Shown piece after piece: positions 19,269 to 27,433 of a stretch of 64,000 nt of DNA. The stretch covers positions 2,718 through 66,717 of the forward strand of contig CACANA010000001.1 of NCBI GenBank assembly GCA_902533775.1, given 5' to 3'. A program made the position numbers and the translations under genes. The stretch's first letter is position 1. Each line of letters starts with the position of its first letter. This stretch comes from an uncultured Pelagibacteraceae bacterium. Its GTDB lineage: Bacteria; Pseudomonadota; Alphaproteobacteria; Pelagibacterales; Pelagibacteraceae. The notes beneath the pieces are model-generated. The model did not search any database, was not told the DNA's origin, and saw nothing but the letters and a program-made list of their open reading frames with translations.

Positions 19269-20340
19269 AATTGAAAAAAGAAATGATGTACCAATGGCAC
19301 TATATTTTTTTACTCCCTTTATTGCAATCGTACTTACAATTTTAGGTGGTGGTATAATTTTTTATATTTTAGGTTTTAATCCAATAGAAGCACTTAAGTT
19401 TTACTTTATAACTCCAATTTCAAATTTATATGGATTCAGTGAGTTGCTACTCAAAGCAACCCCTCTTTGCTTAATTGCTATTGGTTTATCATTTTGTTTT
19501 AAAAGTAATAATTGGAATATTGGTGCAGAAGGACAATTAACTTTTGGTGCGATTGTAGGAGGAGGAGTTGCTCTTTTATTTTATAATCAAGAAGGTTTTT
19601 ATATACTGCCTTTAGTTATAATTGCTGGAGCAATCGGGGGAATGTTCTTTGCAATTATCCCAGCAATCCTTAAAACATATTTTAATACAAACGAGATTTT
19701 AGTTAGCCTTATGTTGGTTTACGTTTCAAAGCTACTCTTAGATTACTTAGTAGTTGGGCCATGGAGTAATCCTGAAGGTTTTAATTTTCCTGAAACAAGG
19801 CAATTTAGTGACTCATCTAGAATGCCATTATTATTTGAAGGTTTGAGAATTCATGCTGGTATTTTTTTAGCTCTTGGAGCAGTTATGCTGAGTTGGTTTA
19901 TTCTTTATAAAACCTATTTAGGCTTTCAGATTAAAGTATCTGGTCTAAGTTTAAAAACTGCTAAGTATGCTGGGTTTAAAGGAAAAACCATGATTTTGGT
20001 TGTTTTTATGATTAGTGGTGCTTGCGCAGGATTAGCTGGAGTTGGTGAAATTACTGGACCTATTGGACAACTGCATAGAATGATATCCCCCGATTACGGT
20101 TTTACAGCAATTATTGTTGCTTTTTTAGGTCGTCTTAATCCTTTTGGCATAATTTTTGCATCTTTGGTTGTTGCATTGACATATCTCGGTGCCGAAACGG
20201 CTCAAATTTTTTTACAAATACCAAAATATACTGGCCAAGTCTTTCAGGGTATGATCTTATTTTTTTTGCTCGCATCTGATTATTTGCTTTTTTTCAAAGT
20301 TAAAATTTTAAATTTAAAAAAAAATGAGCTTAGACATTAG
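19261..20340 (+). CDS. ABC transporter permease (nucleoside/purine)
   Basis: WNIGAEGQ, NEILVSLML, YGFTAIIVAFLGRLNP. Confidence 0.9.
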   Translation: MIKIEKRNDVPMALYFFTPFIAIVLTILGGGIIFYILGFNPIEALKFYFITPISNLYGFSELLLKATPLCLIAIGLSFCFKSNNWNIGAEGQLTFGAIVGGGVALLFYNQEGFYILPLVIIAGAIGGMFFAIIPAILKTYFNTNEILVSLMLVYVSKLLLDYLVVGPWSNPEGFNFPETRQFSDSSRMPLLFEGLRIHAGIFLALGAVMLSWFILYKTYLGFQIKVSGLSLKTAKYAGFKGKTMILVVFMISGACAGLAGVGEITGPIGQLHRMISPDYGFTAIIVAFLGRLNPFGIIFASLVVALTYLGAETAQIFLQIPKYTGQVFQGMILFFLLASDYLLFFKVKILNLKKNELRH

Positions 20341-21256
20341 TTTTATAGGAATTCTGATAGGATCAATAATGGCTTCATCAGTGCCATTAATACTTGCTGC
20401 TTCAGGTGAATTGATTACTGAAAGATCGGGCGTTTTAAATTTAGGTGTCGAAGGAATGATGATAATCGGAGCAATATCTGGTTTTGCTTTAATGGTGATA
20501 ACAGATAACCTTTTTATAGCAATAGTAGGCTCTATGTTATCAGGAGTTATAATTTCACTAATCTTTGGATTTTTAACGCAATCTCTTCTCACAAACCATG
20601 TTGCAACAGGTTTGGCATTAACTATTTTTGGCATTGGTTTATCAGCAATGTTAGGAAAAAATTTTGTTGGTATCCCTGGAAAAGAATTTCCAATTTTATT
20701 TTCAAGTTTAAGAGAAAGTATTCCGTTTTTTGGTCCAATATTGTTTGGACACTCTATAGTTTTATATTTTGCTTTTGCTTTACCATTTTTAACTAATTAT
20801 TTTTTGAAAAAAACTAAATTAGGCTTAGTTGTTAGAGCTGTTGGTGATTCGCCTGTTTCTGCATCTAATCAAGGTATAAATGTTATTCTAGTTAGATACT
20901 GTTGTATTCTCTATGGAGGAGCCATGTGTGGCTTGGCAGGTGCATATCTATCTTTAATATACACTCCACAGTGGATTGAAAATATGACAGCTGGAAGAGG
21001 ATGGATAGCTTTGGCTTTGGTTGTATTTGCAACCTGGAGTCCTATAAAAGTTTTAATTGGTGCTTTAATTTTTGGTGGTATTACAATTCTACAATTACAT
21101 ATGCAAGCAATTGGGTTTAGAATACCAGTTCAATTTTTAAGTGCATTACCTTATCTGATGACAATAATAGTTTTAGTTGTAATCTCTCGTGACAGTAGAA
21201 AAATAAAACTTAATACCCCAACCTCCTTAGGAAGAATATTCTATAGGGAAAAGTAA
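20324..21256 (+). CDS. ABC transporter permease (nucleoside/purine)
   Basis: ERSGVLNLGVEGMM, AGRGWIALALVVF. Confidence 0.9.
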   Translation: MSLDISFIGILIGSIMASSVPLILAASGELITERSGVLNLGVEGMMIIGAISGFALMVITDNLFIAIVGSMLSGVIISLIFGFLTQSLLTNHVATGLALTIFGIGLSAMLGKNFVGIPGKEFPILFSSLRESIPFFGPILFGHSIVLYFAFALPFLTNYFLKKTKLGLVVRAVGDSPVSASNQGINVILVRYCCILYGGAMCGLAGAYLSLIYTPQWIENMTAGRGWIALALVVFATWSPIKVLIGALIFGGITILQLHMQAIGFRIPVQFLSALPYLMTIIVLVVISRDSRKIKLNTPTSLGRIFYREK

Positions 21257-21343
21257 TGTTAGCTATTCGAAAATAATTATTTTTTTTTTTTGAATTTTGA
21301 TTAACTTAAAGCTTCACAAAAAAATTTAGAGGGGAAATTCAAA

Positions 21344-22408
21344 ATGTATAAAAACTTTTTTAGATATTTAATTTCTGCGATTTTTCTACTTGGGTTTAGT
21401 GTAAACTCAAATGCAGATTTTAAAGTTGGTTTTGTCTATGTTGGCCCAACTGGTGACCATGGATGGACATTTCAACATCATGAAGGTAGAAACGCTGTAG
21501 AGGCAGCTGGAATAAAAACAACATTTGTTGAAAGTGTTCCAGAAGGTGCTGATGCAGAAAGAGTGATAAGACAACTGGCTCAATCTGGCCACGACTTAAT
21601 TTTTACAACTAGTTTTGGATATATGGATCCAACCAACAAAGTTGCAAAAGATTTTCCAAATGTAAAATTTGAACACGCAACAGGTTATAAGAGAGAACAC
21701 TCAAATGTTTCTACTTATTCTGCAAGATTTTACGAAGGGAGAACTCTTTTAGGACATATAGCTGGAAAAATGACTAAAACTAACACGATTGGCTATATTG
21801 CATCTTTTCCAATTCCTGAAGTAATAAGAGGAATTAACGCAATGACTCTTGCTGCACAAAAGGTCAATCCAAATATTAAAACCAAAATTGTATGGGTGTT
21901 TACTTGGTACGATCCAGGTAAAGAAGCTGAAGCAGCGCAAGCTTTAATCGATCAAGGTGCAGATGTAATTATGCAACATACAGATAGTACCGCACCAGTT
22001 CAAACTGCAGAGAAAGCAGGTGTATGGTCATTTGGTCAAGCAAGTGACATGCAAAGATTTGCTCCTAAATCAATCTTGACTTCAATTATAGATGATTGGG
22101 CACCATATTATGTTGAAAGAGCAATTGCTGCAAGAGATGGAACATGGAATCAACAAGATACATGGCATGGATTAAAGGAAGGTATGGTTGCTATGGGACC
22201 ATATAATTCTGCAATGGGTGCTGACTTAGTTAAAGAAGTAGAGCAGCTTCAAAAAGATCTAGCATCTGGAAAAGTTCATTCGTTCACAGGTCCTATATAT
22301 GACCAAAAAGGTAATATATTAGTTGCTGAAGGAAAGGTTGCTGATGATGGAATGTTAGCTGGAATGAGCGTTTATGTAAAAGGTGTTGAGGGAGATATTC
22401 CAAAATAA
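21344..22408 (+). CDS. BMP-family ABC substrate-binding protein (purine/nucleoside)
   Basis: VGPTGDHGW, TTSFGYMD, PIPEVIRGINA, WYDPGKE, QHTDS. Confidence 0.9.
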   Translation: MYKNFFRYLISAIFLLGFSVNSNADFKVGFVYVGPTGDHGWTFQHHEGRNAVEAAGIKTTFVESVPEGADAERVIRQLAQSGHDLIFTTSFGYMDPTNKVAKDFPNVKFEHATGYKREHSNVSTYSARFYEGRTLLGHIAGKMTKTNTIGYIASFPIPEVIRGINAMTLAAQKVNPNIKTKIVWVFTWYDPGKEAEAAQALIDQGADVIMQHTDSTAPVQTAEKAGVWSFGQASDMQRFAPKSILTSIIDDWAPYYVERAIAARDGTWNQQDTWHGLKEGMVAMGPYNSAMGADLVKEVEQLQKDLASGKVHSFTGPIYDQKGNILVAEGKVADDGMLAGMSVYVKGVEGDIPK

Positions 22409-22424
22409 TTTTAAAAGAAAAAAT

Positions 22425-22458
22425 AAAAAAGGCCAACTATATAAGTTGGCCTTTTTTT
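22425..22458. terminator. bidirectional rho-independent terminator
   Basis: A6-GGCCAACT-ATATA-AGTTGGCC-T7 between convergent genes. Confidence 0.9.
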
Positions 22459-22993
22459 ATGAATGTTTTTTCTTTAAGCCATTAATATCTATTTCATCAT
22501 AATATTCTGAAGGTTGAACTATCCAAGGATCTCCATCTAGTAAAATTGGACAAAAATCTGGAGTAAAAGAAGAAGATTTTTTTTTCCAAAGACAAGCTGT
22601 TTTTATTTCTTGAATATAGTTTTTCACTGGAGTGTAATTTTTTAACCATTTGATACTTTCATTTAATGTAAGACCAGTATCAGATAAATCATCCACTAAT
22701 AAAACATTTTTAAAGTCTTCGTTTTTTGCTATTGAGCTTATGTCTCTTGCAAAAATAAGTTCGCCCTGTTTATTTTCTACAGTTTCTCCAGAATAACTTT
22801 GAATAACAACATAAGCAGTGGGTAATTTAAATATTCTTGATAGCATATCAATTATTGGTGCTGCACCCCTCATTATTCCGACTAAAACAGATGGTTTGTA
22901 ATTTTTTTCAATTGTAAGAGCTAACTTTTCAACTGCTAATTTATAATCTTCGTAATTGATTATTAATTTTTCTGCCATAAAATTTGGTAACAT
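22457..22993 (-). CDS. purine phosphoribosyltransferase (Gpt-like)
   Basis: VGIMRGA, VLLVDDLSDTGLT PRPP-binding motif, WIVQP; true start may be ATG 22978. Confidence 0.85.
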   Translation of the reverse strand: MLPNFMAEKLIINYEDYKLAVEKLALTIEKNYKPSVLVGIMRGAAPIIDMLSRIFKLPTAYVVIQSYSGETVENKQGELIFARDISSIAKNEDFKNVLLVDDLSDTGLTLNESIKWLKNYTPVKNYIQEIKTACLWKKKSSSFTPDFCPILLDGDPWIVQPSEYYDEIDINGLKKKHS

Positions 22994-23020
22994 AAAAAAA
23001 AAAAATTAAAAAGGAGAATT

Positions 23021-23311
23021 ATGAAAGGTTACTGGATTGCAACTTACAGTGAAATTAAAGACCCTGAAAGAATGAAAAAATATGCAGATAAAGCAAAGGA
23101 AGCTGTATTAAAACATTCTGGAAAAATTTTAGCTCGAAGTGCTAATAACATTGCACTTGAGGGTAGAGAAATGGTTAGAATAGCACTTGCAGAGTTCCCA
23201 GACGTGGAAACTGCTAAAAAATGCTACGATTCTGAAGAATATGTTGAGGCAAGAACATATCTTAAAGATAATGTAATTAGAGAACATATGATATTTGAAG
23301 GAATGGAATAA
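23021..23311 (+). CDS. DUF1330 family protein
   Basis: MKGYWI, EFPDVETAKKCYDSEEY, IFEG; SD AAGGAG. Confidence 0.85.
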   Translation: MKGYWIATYSEIKDPERMKKYADKAKEAVLKHSGKILARSANNIALEGREMVRIALAEFPDVETAKKCYDSEEYVEARTYLKDNVIREHMIFEGME

Positions 23312-23329
23312 CTTAGAAAAGGGGCAAAT

Positions 23330-23626
23330 ATGAAGGCATATTGGGTGAGTTTGTATACAGAAATTTCAGATCAAGATAACCTAAAAAAATATGGTGAAAA
23401 TGCAATACCAGTTATAAAAAAATTTGGTGGTACTCCCGTAGTTAGAGGAGGCAAACTAAAATATTATAGTGGTGACAAAATATTAAGGACCGTCATTTGG
23501 GAATTTCCCAGTTATGACATGGCCATATCTTGTCATGACTCAGAAGACTATTTAAAAGCTTGGTCTTATGCAGAACAAACTACAGAAAGACATATGTTTA
23601 TTGTGGAGGGTGCTAATACTGAATAG
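23330..23626 (+). CDS. DUF1330 family protein (tandem paralog)
   Basis: MKAYWV, GGTPVVRGG, EFPSYDMAISCHDSEDY, IVEG. Confidence 0.85.
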   Translation: MKAYWVSLYTEISDQDNLKKYGENAIPVIKKFGGTPVVRGGKLKYYSGDKILRTVIWEFPSYDMAISCHDSEDYLKAWSYAEQTTERHMFIVEGANTE

Positions 23627-24239
23627 TATCGTCATCAATTGAACGCCACAAATACCAAGTGGCAACAGAGCAGTATGGAGAAAATCTTTTTTGAAGCTTT
23701 TTTACAAAAATTTCAGGTGGAAAATATTTTTTTTTATAGTTGTTTGATATTGCTCTTAATAACCCAATATCCTGAATTGGCCAGATATTAGACCTATTAT
23801 AAGTAAATAACAAAATCATTTCTGCTGACCATCTTCCAATTTGTCTTAAAGTTGATAAGTATATAATTGCTTCTTCATCGCTCATTTTCGAAATTAATCT
23901 TGGATTAAAACTTTTATCTTTAAATTTTTGAGACATTTCCAAGATACCCCTTATTTTTTGACGACTAAGACCGCATTTTTTAAGTTGTGATGTTTTAAGC
24001 TTTGAAACAGTTTTTGGATTAATTTTTTTTTTACATACCGATTCAAATTTTTTGAAGACAGAATCTGCAGCAGCAACACTTATTTGTTGTCCTATTATAC
24101 TTTTGCATAAAGAATAAAAGACATCTTTTCTAGTAGTTAAATTATTGTCTTTATATTTTTTAATCAATGATCTCATAATACTATCTTTTTTTGAAAGATA
24201 TGTTCTAGCTTTTATCCAATATGGTGGTGCCTTACTCAT
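23613..24239 (-). CDS. alkA: DNA-3-methyladenine glycosylase II (HhH-GPD)
   Basis: SIIGQQISVAAA, GLSRQK, IGRWSAEMILLF, DIGL, ATWYLWRS. Confidence 0.85.
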   Translation of the reverse strand: MSKAPPYWIKARTYLSKKDSIMRSLIKKYKDNNLTTRKDVFYSLCKSIIGQQISVAAADSVFKKFESVCKKKINPKTVSKLKTSQLKKCGLSRQKIRGILEMSQKFKDKSFNPRLISKMSDEEAIIYLSTLRQIGRWSAEMILLFTYNRSNIWPIQDIGLLRAISNNYKKKYFPPEIFVKKLQKRFSPYCSVATWYLWRSIDDDTIQY

Positions 24240-25113
24240 TTCTACTTACCGTTACTTGTTTATTTAAATATATTTCTCTTCGAAATATAATGATTGATGA
24301 TATTATTACCAGTGAAGCACCCATCAATGTTTTAATTGTGGGAATTTCATCCCAAATAAAATATCCAAAAGATATTGCAAATATTAATCCCAAATATTTA
24401 AGAGGTGTAACCAGAGAAACCTCAGATAATTTATACGATTGACTTAATAATAGATTAGCTGTTCCTCCCAACAAGCCAATTGTACATAAAAGTAAGAAAT
24501 CATTGAAAGTTGGCATGATCCAACCAAATGGTATTGATAGAACTCCAACAATTGTAATTGCAAAAGAAAAAAAAAATGAGATCAACCACACTGGTTCTGT
24601 GGATGAAAGTTTTCTAATTGTAATTGCAACGTAAGACATTCCAATACAAAAGATTATTGGAAATAAGTAATAAATATTTAAGCTAGAAAATCCTGGTTGG
24701 GTAATTACTAAAACACCAATAAAACCAACAAATACTGCAGCCCATCTATATATTCCTACTTTCTCACTTAGTAAAAATATTGATAGCAAAGTTGTAAATA
24801 TAGGTGCAGCAAATGAAATACTTGTCACTGTTGCAAGTGGTAGGTTTCTTAGTGCCAAAAATATTGCAGCTAAAGCTATCAGTCCTGAACAACATCTAAT
24901 TAAATGTAATCCTGGTCTATTTGTTTTATAAAAATCTCTAAATCTTGTCTTAGGAACTAAAAAAATTATTGGCAAAATACCAAATAGACCTCTAAAGAAC
25001 ATTACCTGTCCAATTGGATAATCTGATGACCACTTGACTATTACATCCATAAATGAAAAGGCACATATTGATAAAAACATGTAAAAAAAGCCTAATTGAT
25101 TTTTGGAAAGCAT
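24232..25113 (-). CDS. DMT/EamA family transporter
   Basis: 10 TM, FAAPIF, LSEKVGIYRW, WDEIP. Confidence 0.88.
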   Translation of the reverse strand: MLSKNQLGFFYMFLSICAFSFMDVIVKWSSDYPIGQVMFFRGLFGILPIIFLVPKTRFRDFYKTNRPGLHLIRCCSGLIALAAIFLALRNLPLATVTSISFAAPIFTTLLSIFLLSEKVGIYRWAAVFVGFIGVLVITQPGFSSLNIYYLFPIIFCIGMSYVAITIRKLSSTEPVWLISFFFSFAITIVGVLSIPFGWIMPTFNDFLLLCTIGLLGGTANLLLSQSYKLSEVSLVTPLKYLGLIFAISFGYFIWDEIPTIKTLMGASLVIISSIIIFRREIYLNKQVTVSRNE

Positions 25114-25147
25114 GATAATAACTTTAGATTAATTAAAATTTTTAGCA

Positions 25148-25594
25148 ATGGAAATAGCAACTTTAGCACTTGGATGTTTTTGGGGACCCGAAATAAAATT
25201 TAGCAAGTTAGATGGAGTAATAAATACAGAGGTTGGATATTGTGGAGGTAATACTGAGAAGACATCTTATAAAGAAGTATGTTATGGTGATACCAATCAC
25301 GCAGAAGTAGTTAAAGTTGAATTTGACAATACTAAAATTTCTTATGAGGAAATAATAAGAAATTTTTTTGAATTTCATGACCCAACTACTTTAAACCGGC
25401 AAGGTCCAGATGTAGGTACTCAGTATAGAAGTGAAATATTTGTTCATGATGAAAATCAAAATAAAATCGCTAACAAAGTATTGAAAGAAATTAATGAAAA
25501 ATTTAAAGGTAAAATCGTTACCAAAATATCAAAATCAAAAAATTATAATAAAGCCGAAGATTATCATCAGAAATATTTGGAAAAAAGTTTCTAA
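25148..25594 (+). CDS. msrA: peptide-methionine (S)-S-oxide reductase
   Basis: GCFWG, HDPTTLNRQGPDVGTQYRS, AEDYHQKY. Confidence 0.95.
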   Translation: MEIATLALGCFWGPEIKFSKLDGVINTEVGYCGGNTEKTSYKEVCYGDTNHAEVVKVEFDNTKISYEEIIRNFFEFHDPTTLNRQGPDVGTQYRSEIFVHDENQNKIANKVLKEINEKFKGKIVTKISKSKNYNKAEDYHQKYLEKSF

Positions 25595-26406
25595 TGTCAC
25601 TTATATCAACTGAGTGGCTAGAAAAAAATATCTCAAATGTAAAAATAATTGATGGCTCTTGGCATATGCCCGCAACAAAAAGAAGTGGTAAAGAAGAATT
25701 TAATAAAGAGCATATACCAAATGCAATTTTTTTTGATATTGATGAAAATTGTAATAAATCAACCGACTTACCACATATGTTAACGGACAATAGTTCGTGG
25801 GAAAATATACTATCATCTATGGGCATATCTAACGAAGACGAAATTGTGATTTATGATAATTCTGATGTTTTAAGTGCTTGTAGAGTATGGTTTAATTTAA
25901 TTTACTTTGGCCATGATAAAAAGAAAGTACATGTTTTAGATGGAGGTTTTAATAAATGGAAAAAAGAAAAAAGGATAACTTCTGCTAATAATATAATTAT
26001 TCAAACAACTAGTTATAAAGCAAAAGAAAATAATGGAATGGTTAAGAGCAAAGATCAGATTGACCAAAATATAATTAAAAAAAAATTTGATTTAGTTGAT
26101 GCAAGAAGCAAAGATCGTTTTAATGGCACAACTCCAGACCCAAGAAAAAATGTAAGAAGTGGTTCAATACCTAATTCAATTTGCTTACCGTTTAAAACCC
26201 TTATCAACGACGATTTTACTTTTAAAAGTAAATCTGAAATTTCCTCTTATTTTAAAGATTTATCTTTAAATGACCCAGTAAATGTAGTGTTTTCGTGCGG
26301 TTCTGGGATCACAGCATGTGTTTTGGCACTTGCATATTCTCAAGTAAATAATAAGTATCTTCCAGTCATTTATGATGGTTCATGGGCTGAATATGGTAAA
26401 ATATAA
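25594..26406 (+). CDS. sseA: 3-mercaptopyruvate/thiosulfate sulfurtransferase
   Basis: HIPNA, LDGG, SCGSGITAC, YDGSWAEYG. Confidence 0.92.
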   Translation: MSLISTEWLEKNISNVKIIDGSWHMPATKRSGKEEFNKEHIPNAIFFDIDENCNKSTDLPHMLTDNSSWENILSSMGISNEDEIVIYDNSDVLSACRVWFNLIYFGHDKKKVHVLDGGFNKWKKEKRITSANNIIIQTTSYKAKENNGMVKSKDQIDQNIIKKKFDLVDARSKDRFNGTTPDPRKNVRSGSIPNSICLPFKTLINDDFTFKSKSEISSYFKDLSLNDPVNVVFSCGSGITACVLALAYSQVNNKYLPVIYDGSWAEYGKI

Positions 26407-26409
26407 AAT

Positions 26410-27426
26410 ATGAAAAGATCAACAAAAATTACAAGCATAATAATAATTTTCTTTTTAATTATAGCTACAGTGATTGTTGGTAGAACAATGATTGGAAATC
26501 ATTTTAAGAAGAAATTTAGTAAAAGACCACCTCCAGGAATAATTGTTACTGCAGCTGAAAATAGAGTTTTTGAAAATTTAATAAGCACATACGGAACAGC
26601 AAGACCATTTAAAACACAATCCTATAAAATTGAGAAGTATGAAATACTTAAACCTATCAACTTTAATCAAAAAGTAAGAAAAGGTGATGTAATTGCAGAA
26701 CTTAAAAATAGAAAAATTACTGCTCAGTTTGATGGAACAATTGGAAAAAGAGAATTTTCAGAAGACATCGAAGTTTCAAAATCTTCAATCTTAGTTAATC
26801 TCGAAAATACCAGTATTATCTATTGTGATGTAGATATACCTGAAATGTTTGTACCATTTATTAAGGTTGGTTTACCTGTTGATATAAAATTTTCTGGATA
26901 CAAAGATAAAACATATAAAGGTCAAGTTGACTCGTTAGCTAGTAGAATTAGTGAGGATACTAGATCATTACCAACAAGGATAAAAATGGACAATACATCT
27001 GGTGAAATTTTGCCTGGCTCATTTTTAGAAATTTCAATAAAATATGATACAAGAGAAAGCTTAAGTATCCCAGATACCAGTACAATAGTGGAAGGTGATA
27101 ATATATTTGTCTATAAAGTTGACGAAAAAAATAAAGTATTAAAAACAAATATTGATACTGGTGATAGATACCTGGGTTTTGTTGAAGTTTTAAATGGTCT
27201 AAAAGTTGGTGACAAAGTTGTTGCTGAGGGTACAAAAAAAGTCAGACCAAATTTAATAATAAGACCTATAAAAAAGGGTGTTAAAGTAGCTAATCAAAAC
27301 AAATCTAGTTGGGGTGGAAAAAAGAAAAAAGATACTAAGGAAAACAAGAATGGTATGTTTGCGTGGTTACAAAAATTAAATATATTTAAAAAGTCTGACT
27401 CTGAAAAACAAGAAAATAAAAAATAA
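26410..27426 (+). CDS. RND efflux periplasmic adaptor (MFP), apparently lacking the alpha-hairpin
   Basis: N-terminal TM, lipoyl halves KGDVIAEL/ITAQFDG, PGSF, GLKVGDKVV; upstream of an RND permease. Confidence 0.85.
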   Translation: MKRSTKITSIIIIFFLIIATVIVGRTMIGNHFKKKFSKRPPPGIIVTAAENRVFENLISTYGTARPFKTQSYKIEKYEILKPINFNQKVRKGDVIAELKNRKITAQFDGTIGKREFSEDIEVSKSSILVNLENTSIIYCDVDIPEMFVPFIKVGLPVDIKFSGYKDKTYKGQVDSLASRISEDTRSLPTRIKMDNTSGEILPGSFLEISIKYDTRESLSIPDTSTIVEGDNIFVYKVDEKNKVLKTNIDTGDRYLGFVEVLNGLKVGDKVVAEGTKKVRPNLIIRPIKKGVKVANQNKSSWGGKKKKDTKENKNGMFAWLQKLNIFKKSDSEKQENKK

Positions 27427-27433
27427 TTAATAC

